From the human T2T-CHM13v2.0 reference genome, Homo sapiens, in the NCBI RefSeq assembly GCF_009914755.1, contig NC_060925.1: 64,000 nucleotides of DNA. The stretch is one strand, 5' to 3'. The first letter of the stretch is position 1. Each line of letters opens with the position of its first letter. Positions 54,637 through 64,000 of the stretch are shown in pieces. The translations under genes and the position numbers were made by a program. Below the pieces are notes generated by a model that was not told the DNA's origin, did not search any database, and saw nothing but the letters and a program-made list of their open reading frames with translations.

Positions 54637-57304
54637 TGATATGGTTTGGATCTGTGTCCCGGCCCAAGTCTCATGTTGAATTGTAATCCCCAATGTTGGA
54701 GGTGGTGCCTGGTGGGAGGTGATTATATGATGGGGGTGAACTTCTTGTGAGTGGTTTGGCACCATCATTTTGGTGCTGTCCTCACCATAGTAAGTGAGTT
54801 CTTGTGACACCTGGTCATTTAAAAGTGTGTGGCACCTCCTTCCCCTCTCTTTCTTGCTCCTGCTTTCACCATGTGACATGCTTGCTCTCCCTTCACCATC
54901 CACCATAATTGGAAGCTTTCTGAGGTCTCCCAAGAAGCTGCTATGCTTCCTGTACAGCCTGCAGAACAATGAGCCAATTAAACCTCTTTTCTTTATAAAT
55001 TACCCAGTCTCAGGTATTTCTTTATAGCTGTGCAAGAATAGACTAATACAGAAAGTTGGTATTGAGGAGTGGGGCATTGCTATAAAGACACCTGAAAATG
55101 TGGAAGCAACTTTGGAATTGGGTAATGGGCAGAGGTTGGAAGAGTGTGGAGGGTTCAGAAGAAGAAAAGATGATGAGGGAAAATTTGGAACGTTCTAGAG
55201 ACTTGTTGAATAGTTGTGACCAAAATGCTGATAGTGACATGGACAGATATTGGACAGGCTGAGGAGGTCTCAGATGGAAATATGGAACTTATCGTGAACT
55301 GGAGCAAAGGTCACTTTTGCTATGCTTTAGCAAAGAGCTTGGTTGGATTGTGCCCCTGCCCTAGGGATCTATGGAATTTTGAACTTGAAAGAGATGATTT
55401 AGGGTATCTGGTGGAAGAAAGTTCTAAGCAGAAAAGTGTTTGAGACGTGGCCTGGCTGCTTCTAACAACCTATAGCTCATATGTATGAACAAAGAAATGA
55501 CCTGAAACTAAAACTTATATTTAAAGGGGAAGCAGAGCATTAAAATTTGGAACATTTGCAGCCTGGCCATGTGGTAGAAAAGAAAGGCCCATTTTCAGGA
55601 AAGGAATTCAAGCAGGCTGCAGAAATTTTCATAAGTAAAGAGGAGCAAAGTGATAATATCCAAGACAATGGGGGAAGAGCTTCAAAGGCATTTCAGAGAC
55701 CTTCAAGGCATCCCCTCCCATCACAGGCCTGGAGGTCTAGGAGGACAAAATGGTTTGTGGGCCAGGCACAGGACAGCCTTGGGACACTGCTGCCTGTGTG
55801 CCAGCCACTCTAACTCTAGCTGTGGCTAAAAAGGGCCCAAGTACAGCTTGGGCCACTGCTTCAGAGAGTGCAAGTAATAAGCCTTGACAGTTTGCACATG
55901 GTGTTAAGCCTACAGGTGCACAGAGTACACAAGTTGAGGCTTGGGAGCCTCCGCCTAGATTTCAGAGGATGTATGGAAAACCCTGTATGTCCAGGCAGAA
56001 GCCTGCTGCAGGAGTGGAGCCCTCATGATGAACCTCTTCTAGGGTGATGCAGAGGGAAAATATGAGGTTGGACCCCACACACAGAGTCCCCACTGAGGCA
56101 CTGCCTAGTGGAGCTGTGAGAAGAGGGTTATCATCCTCCAGACCCTGGAATGGAAGATCCACTGGCAGCTTGCACCCTGTGCCTGGAAAGCCATAGGCAC
56201 TCAATGCCAGCCCCTGAGAGCAGTTGTTCTGGGGGCTGAACCAGCAAAGCCACAGGAGCAGAGCTTCCCAAGGCCTTGGGAGCCCCTTCCCTTGCATCAG
56301 AGTGCCCTGGATGTGAGACATGAATTCGAAGGAGATTATTTTTGAGCTTTAAGATTTAATGGTTGCCCTGCTGGGTTTTGGACTTGCATGGTGCCTGTAG
56401 CCCCTTTCTTTTGGCTGATTTCTCCTTTTTGAAATAGGAGTATTTACCCCAGGGGTGTTCAATCTTTTGGCTTCCCTGAGCCACAGTGGAAGAAGAATAG
56501 TCTTGGTCCACATATAAAATACACTAACACTAACGAGAGCTGATAAGCTAAAAAAAAATTGCAAAACATATCTCATAGTGTTTTAAGAAACTTGTGTTGA
56601 GCCATGTCCAAAGCTGTCCTGGGCTGCATGTGGCCCATGGGCCATGAGTTGGACAAGCTTGATTTACACAACAGCTATACCCCCACTGTCTCTGGAAGTA
56701 ACTAACTTGTTTTTGATTTTACGGACTCATAGGTGGAAGGGACTTCCCGTTTCAGATGAGACTTTGGACTTTGGACTTTGGACTTTTGGGTTAATGCTAG
56801 AATAAGTTAAAATTTTGGGGGACTGTTGGAACGCATGGTTGTACCTTGAAATGTGAAAATGACATGAGATTTGGGAGGGGCTGGGGGTAGAATGATATGG
56901 TTTGGATCTGTGTTCCTGTCCAACTCTCATGTCAAATTGTAATCCGCAATGTTGGAGGTGGGGCCTGGTGGAAGGTAATTGAATCATGAGAGTGTTTCTC
57001 ATGGATGGCTTAATACCATCCCCCTGGTTGCTGTTCTCATGATAGTGAGTGAGATCTCATGAGATCTGGTTGTTTAAAAGTGTGTAGCACCTTCCCCCTC
57101 TCTCTCTTCCTCTTGGTCTGGCCATGTGAGATGCCTTGCTTCACCTTCACCTTCCACCATGATTATAAGTTTCCTGAGGCCTCTCCAGAAGCTGCCATGC
57201 TTCCTATACAGTCTGCAGAACCATCAGCCAATTAAACCTCATTTCTTTATAAATTACCCAGTCTCTGGTATTTCTTCATAGCAGTGTGAGAGAAGACTAA
57301 TACC
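54637..57304 (+). mobile_element. MSTA MaLR provirus: LTR 54637-55050, internal, LTR 56893-57304
   Basis: Two homologous LTRs; perfect TSD TCATG at 54632-54636 and 57305-57309. Confidence 0.93.
56450..56661 (+). mobile_element. MER30 hAT transposon inside MSTA-int
   Basis: caggggtgttcaatcttttggcttccctg...ttggacaagcttg; TSD atttaccc / atttacac. Confidence 0.9.
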
Positions 57305-57333
57305 TCATGTTAATGGCAATGTACCCTTGATAT

Positions 57334-57973
57334 TGAAACTGAGGACAAACCCAATTAGGCCCACCAAATTTAACTTACCTTACTTGTCTTTATTAATTTG
57401 CTTTTAGTTGATTTTAAAACCTATATAGCTAAAAGTCACATTGCTAAGTAATATATAACTAAATTTCCACTAGCTTTCTTGTAGATAACATTTCTGATGT
57501 ATAGATCACCATGGTAATGGTTGCTTAAGTTGTTTTTCAGGAACTTAGAGAGTCAGTTCTTGTCCAGTTCAAGCCAGCTGAGACCACCAACCTTTCAACT
57601 GGGCCTGTGTGAGCATCTGATGGGTCACCTTTTGATGTCAGAGGGCCAAAAACTCCACCCTCAGATCATGCTAATGCTGTAATTTTCTGAACATATATTC
57701 TATGAAGAGCCATGAAGTCTGTTATGCTTGCACAGATGACCAATTACCTCAGTTTTCCTTACCACGATCACCTTTCCCCATGCTTTGGACCATCTTGCTC
57801 CTCTATTCTATAAATATCCCTAAAATTCCATCTTCAGGGAGGCAGATTTGAGACCTGTTTTCCCATATCCTTGTTTGGCTGCCTCATGAATAAACTCTTC
57901 CTCTGCAGCAAAACACATCATCTCAGTGATTGACATACTGCATGACAGGAAGAAGAAGCCTGGTTCAGTAACA
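57334..57973 (+). mobile_element. ERV1 solo LTR (MER39/MER34-group-like)
   Basis: TG...CA termini, 4-bp TSD ATAT, TATAAAT near 57809 and AATAAA near 57888. Confidence 0.8.
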
Positions 57974-58822
57974 ATATGATGGGATGAGAATGGTATTTCA
58001 CCTCTGTGATTTTTTCCAAAACCTATGACCCCAGTCTAACCATGAGAAAAACACTGGACAAATACGGACATTTGCAAAAACAAACAAACCCTGGCCAGTG
58101 CTTCTCAAAACTGTCAAAGTCATCAAGGACAACAAAGTATGAGAAACTATCACAGACCAGAAGAAGCTAGGGAGACATGATGACAGAATGTAATGTGGTG
58201 TCCTGAAGAGGATCCTCAAACAGCAAATGGACTTTGGGGGGAAAACTGGTGAAATGCTAATAAAGTGTTTAATTTATAGTCACGTACCAATGTTGATTTC
58301 TTAGTTGTGATATATGTCCCATGGTAATATAGGATGTTAACAATAGGGGAAACTGAGTGAGGGGTATGTGAGAATTCTCTGCCCTATCTTCACAACTTTT
58401 GTTTACATTTGAAACTATTCTGAAATTAAAAGCATAATTAAACAGCTGCACCCAGTAAACATTTCTGTTTTCCTTGAGTTCGCTTTTAGGCAAAAAATAT
58501 TTCTCCCTGTGGTGTAGAGTGAGAAAAGCTGTGTAGAGAGAATGGCCCCTGAGGAAAACCAACATTTACAAGGCAGTCAGAGAAAGGAGGAAAGACAAGA
58601 ACCATTGTTGAAGTCAGGAGAGTACAATGTTTAGGAGAGGGTCAACAGGATCCAATGCCAAGAAGTCTAGTAAGATAAGGACCTAAATGTCCACCAAAAA
58701 ATAGAATTAAAAAGCCCTGAAACAGACATACATCTAAATGGAAACTTGATATATTATAAGGTAGCCTTATGAATCAGTGGGGGAAATGTTGAGTTATTCA
58801 ATAAATGATTTTTGGGCAGTCA

Positions 58823-59215
<393 letters not shown>

Positions 59216-59449
59216 TCATTTAGAAGAAAATATAGGAGAATTTTTTTACCTCAGGATAGAGTAAGATTTCTTAAACAAGATTCCATATCTTCTAACTATA
59301 AAATAAAAGATTAATAAACTTTAAAATTACAATGCAAATTAAAACAACAGTGAAATACGCTAATTTATGCCATCAAATTGGCTAAGATTTAAAAGTGTAG
59401 CAATAGCAAGATTCGAAGATTTGGAGAAACTGGAACTCTCATACATTGC

Positions 59450-59910
59450 TGCCAAAATGGAGGCGTTGCCCTTGGCCCAGCCCAGAGGGCACCTGCAGCC
59501 CCTGAGAACAGTGGATGCCATACACCTCTAACACCTGCATCTCTTGGCTTGAAGGCTTTATCTGGCTGCAGGAGGAGTCTTGGCTTATGTGAAAGGGAGG
59601 CTGAGGTACTAGAGAATTAGCACCCTCGGGAGCAGTTCATAATCAATGTGGGGTGGGAGTTGGTGGAAAATGCCCCAGCTTCCTTACTCCTTGGTAGGAC
59701 AATTCCGATGTGTGCTTCTACCCATTCCCTTAGAGGGTACCCAACAGGATGGAGCCCCAGTTGCTCCCAGCTGTAACCCTCTCATTAATGGCTTTCTTCC
59801 CTTTTCTATCTCACTTTCCTACTCCCTCACCATATTTCTTGGACTCACCCTCAAGTAAGGTACTTGTGCTTATCGCGTTATCTCAGTCTGTTTAGATGAA
59901 CTCTAAGACA
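59450..59910 (+). mobile_element. LTR16-like ERV-L LTR
   Basis: ...ccccagttgctcccagctgtaaccctctcattaatgg...aactctaagaca. Confidence 0.6.
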
Positions 59911-60461
59911 GAGGTCTTGTGCAGCTTCAGCAAAGCCTTCTCTCAAGCCCCAGGCACAGCTCTTGCTACCTCCGCTATACTCCCTTTGCTCCAGCTCCTC
60001 GCCAGCCTCTGTCATACTGTCCTGGAGCCTTCCTAACTCCAGGTCTGACTGGCTCACTTTGAATAGTTCAAAGCTGATGCCCTGTTATTTGTCCCCCTTG
60101 CTCCCAACACACCACAACTGCTCACCGAATGCCTGCTAAATGGGCTGAATTGTTTAAAGTTCTTCTTACATTTTAACTGATAAATCATTACCTCCCAAGA
60201 AACCCTATACTACCCATAGGGTGAGTACTATTTACAGGTGCTAAAATCAGGACACATAAAGGTTGTGACAAAGTGAGAATAACTTTGTCCCCAGTTCAAA
60301 CCAGAAATCAGCTAGGGAAAAAAAATCCAATAATTTGTTAGATTTATATATTAATTCTGACAGTTTGCCTTTTTAAAATTGTTTAATTATGTTAGGTGCT
60401 TTTAAGGGGTATAGATGAACTGGGGTAATTATTAATCCATTTCTGCTTATTAATAAAATGC

Positions 60462-60759
<298 letters not shown>

Positions 60760-60829
60760 TCAATTCTGGGCCACGGATATCTAAAGGGAAATATGTCCTA
60801 TTGTTTTCAACATTGTGCCTTTGCGAGAC

Positions 60830-61000
60830 AGGACAGGATGGTAGATAAGAGCATGGATTTTGAAGCCAGCCTGCCTCTGTCTTCATCTTGACTCTGTCAT
60901 TACAGTCATGTGATCAGAAACAATTTACCTAATCCTTCTATTTTTCAGTTGCCTTAACTATAAAATGGAGGTAGTTACAGTACTTACTTCATATGGTCAC
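60830..61000 (+). mobile_element. MIR
   Basis: aagagcatggattttgaagcc...tataaaatggag. Confidence 0.65.
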
Positions 61001-61869
61001 TATTATAGAGATAGAGATGGGGATGGGAATGATGATGTTGCTGTTGTTTTTGGCCCATCGCTGCTAGCTTCTCGGTGCTATCCTTTTCCTCATGCTCCAT
61101 CAGAGAGCATCCTGCTCCATGCCTGTCATTCCTGCTCTTCCTTCTTCCCTCAACCAGCCATGTGTTCAACCTCTTCCTCCTTCCTCACTACCTGGGTCCA
61201 GCCCAATATCTTTCTCCATCATTCACTTGTGCCCTCGTCTCTCCATCCCTCTCCCCACCTCCCTCTGCCTGTTTCATTTCTCTTCTCCAGTTTGAGGACA
61301 TAACTATCTAGGAGAGGTATACTTGTAGTTCTCAGAATGAACGTTCAAGAAAGTACAATGGAATGATTAAGAAGCAAGACAAGGAAGAAGGGCTGGGTAA
61401 GTTGAAGGGGTGTGTAGAACAGGTGGGAAGGAGAGCTAGAAAGGTAAGGTGACCCCAGTGAATGGAATTCACTCTGAGTTTCTTGGAGGAAGAAGCACTA
61501 ACCCCAACCCCTTTTCTCCCTAAGAGAGTGCATTTCCTGTCCTACCCAGGGCCTCAGGTGCATCTCTCATTCCAAGTGTCTGGAAGGAGTAACTGAATCA
61601 GAGGCATCTGTCTCTCTCACAGATAAAGGTAGCAGGTGTGTGGCTTCTGAAGAGAAGGTCTTGGGAAAGGAGCTGGGCTTCTCCAGTTTTCAACCTGCCC
61701 CAATCACGCAGTATCATCTTGGCTATATCTGGCAAGTGGGAGACCATTTCTTATCTAGAAAACACTGGTTCTCTGGATGTAGATCTCTTTCAGATTACAA
61801 TCTCCTAGAATCACGCTTAAGTTCTCTTTGGCACTGCAATAGGAGAACGCATGAAACTGCTGCATAGGA

Positions 61870-62050
61870 GAAAACATAAACTGTGGTGTCAGAAAGACTT
61901 ACATCTTATGTTCAATTTTCACCTCCGCCACTCACCGGCTGTATGACTTTGAGCAAGTCATTTAGCCTCTCTGCACCTCAGTTTCCTCATGGAGATTAAT
62001 ATATCCACCTAAAAGCTTTTAAAAAGAAATAGATAAGATGATACATGAAA
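61870..62050 (+). mobile_element. MIR
   Basis: gctgtatgactttgagcaagtcatttagcctctctgcacctcagtttcctcat. Confidence 0.75.
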
Positions 62051-62404
62051 GCTCCACAACAACATGAAGGCTGGAATTGTGCCAATTTGTTCATTATTGT
62101 GGTCCAATGCCTAGCACAGAGTATGCCCTCAATAAATATCTGTTATAATTGAATGAATAAGTAGGTACCTAACAAATTGTAGCCAGATATCCTTTTGTCC
62201 AGGCAGATGTTTGGTAAGAATTTGTGCTGATGGTAATGACACTCTGCCTTGACGTAGTCAGAAAAAAAAATCACTACATCAAATCCAGGGATAGTGGCAC
62301 ACTAATCTAATATGCTGGGGTATTGCATCGTGTCCCATAGGCTAAAAAGGGTTTGTGAATGAATATTTCAATAGTATTGCTTGCGCCCACTGATAAGTTT
62401 CACA

Positions 62405-62554
62405 TGGTGCTTCTCAGACTTTAATGTGCCTCTGAATCACCTGGGGATCTTATTTAAATGCAAGTTCTGATTTAGTAGTTCCAGGTGAAGGCCTGAGAAG
62501 CTCCGAGGTGATGCTGAGACTGCAGGCTTGTGGACCTCCTTTTGGGCATCAAGG
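62405..62554 (-). mobile_element. MER5A1-like hAT element
   Basis: gtgcttctcagactttaatgtg...gaatcacctggggatctt...aagg. Confidence 0.7.
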
Positions 62555-62561
62555 ATCTAGG

Positions 62562-62783
62562 CAAAGGATCAACATTTTCCTGTAAGGAACCAGGTAGTAA
62601 ATATTGTAGTCTTTGTGAACTGTATAATCTCTGTTGCAACTGCTCAACTCTGCCATTCTAGAACAAATGAGGCCATTGACAATATACAAATAACTGAGCA
62701 TGGTTGTGTTCTAATGAAACCATGTTTCCAAAAACAAGGGGCAGACTGGATCTGGCCTGTGGGCCATAATTTGTCTCTTCCTG
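62562..62783 (+). mobile_element. MER58A hAT element
   Basis: ...ctctgttgcaactgctcaactctgccatt...ggcctgtgggccataatttg..cctg. Confidence 0.8.
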
Positions 62784-63113
62784 GTCTAATATATTTAAAA
62801 TCAGTATACCATTCTTGTAATACACATCCATGAACTTGTCTCCTGAGCTCCTAATAATTGTACAGTATATGGTAATTTCCCTTATCTACAAATCCACCTT
62901 CCCCTACCCACAATCTATATGGTTCCAGGAACACAGCACCCATTGCCAAGTTCCTGTATGGAACTCGGACTCCAGACTCCAGCTGATTGGTGCCAAAGGG
63001 GCATCATTCACATTCCCTTCTGTAAAATATGCACCAGGGGCACTATTTCATAGAATGGCATCCTTTAGAGGTTTAGATGAATGGCACCCTTTAGAGTTGT
63101 GCAGCTTGGCTGA

Positions 63114-63518
<405 letters not shown>

Positions 63519-63571
63519 CTAGAGGCTTTTTTTTTTTTTAAGCCAGTGGATTAGGATACAGAGAACACTAG

Positions 63572-64000
63572 TGTCAAGTTCACAACTACGCCAATTGTCA
63601 TGCTGGGGTATGAGGGGAGTGGGTGGATGAGCAGAAAGAACACCCAGGGGGGCCATAAGCAGGTGAAAGATGATTTTATTCAGCAGCAGCTCTCATCAAC
63701 AGCTCTCTCACACTGTCCGCCCTGTCTTGGCTGCTTAGTCCGGCGGCTCCCACACACAGCTGCGTGGCTGGCTCTCCCTTGCCTTCAGGGTCAGCAGCTA
63801 AACTCTCTCTGGGCACAAGCAAGCCAAGCTGTGTCCTGGCTCCCCTCTGTCTGTCTGCAAAGATGGACAGCTTTGACTCTCTTTCTCTTTCTCTTGGCTC
63901 CAGCATGCCTGTACAGTGTTATCAGGGCAATTATACCTTTTACAGACAATAGTGGCTTAGAGTCAAGGAATGGCCTTCCCATGTTATGGCTACATGGCTG
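63572..64000 (-). mobile_element. LTR18-family (HERV-S/HERV18) LTR, running off the window end
   Basis: Minus strand ...gccactattgtctgtaaaaggtataattgccc...gagagctgctgctgaataaaatc...cagcatgaca matches recalled LTR18. Confidence 0.8.

Overview
This is primate genomic DNA, almost certainly human: it carries two SVA elements, and one looks like the human-specific SVA_E subfamily. The only host coding sequence is coding exon 1 of ZSWIM5 on the minus strand (ATG 3910, GT donor after 3316, 595 nt), inside a CpG island. Bases 1-3315 are the start of intron 1. The remaining ~59 kb lie upstream and are dense with transposons. They include about 39 Alus and L1/L2/MIR relics, three LTR-internal-LTR MaLR proviruses (MSTB, THE1, MSTA), several solo LTRs and three ERV-L-class pol relics. 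They also include a full-length Hsmar1 mariner split by an SVA and an Alu, a MADE1 MITE, hAT elements (MER5A1, MER58A, MER20, MER30) and a second SVA with a variant hexamer head. I found no convincing new multi-gene system. The most interesting signals are structural: the nested ERV-L > Hsmar1 > SVA/Alu stack with one eroded TIR, a template-switch hairpin inside an MSTB LTR, a 66-bp templated insertion in a polypurine tract, repeated reuse of identical insertion targets, and a possible unannotated ERV env relic. Repeat subfamily names come from recalled consensus sequences, not a database search, and repeat boundaries without a TSD are approximate.
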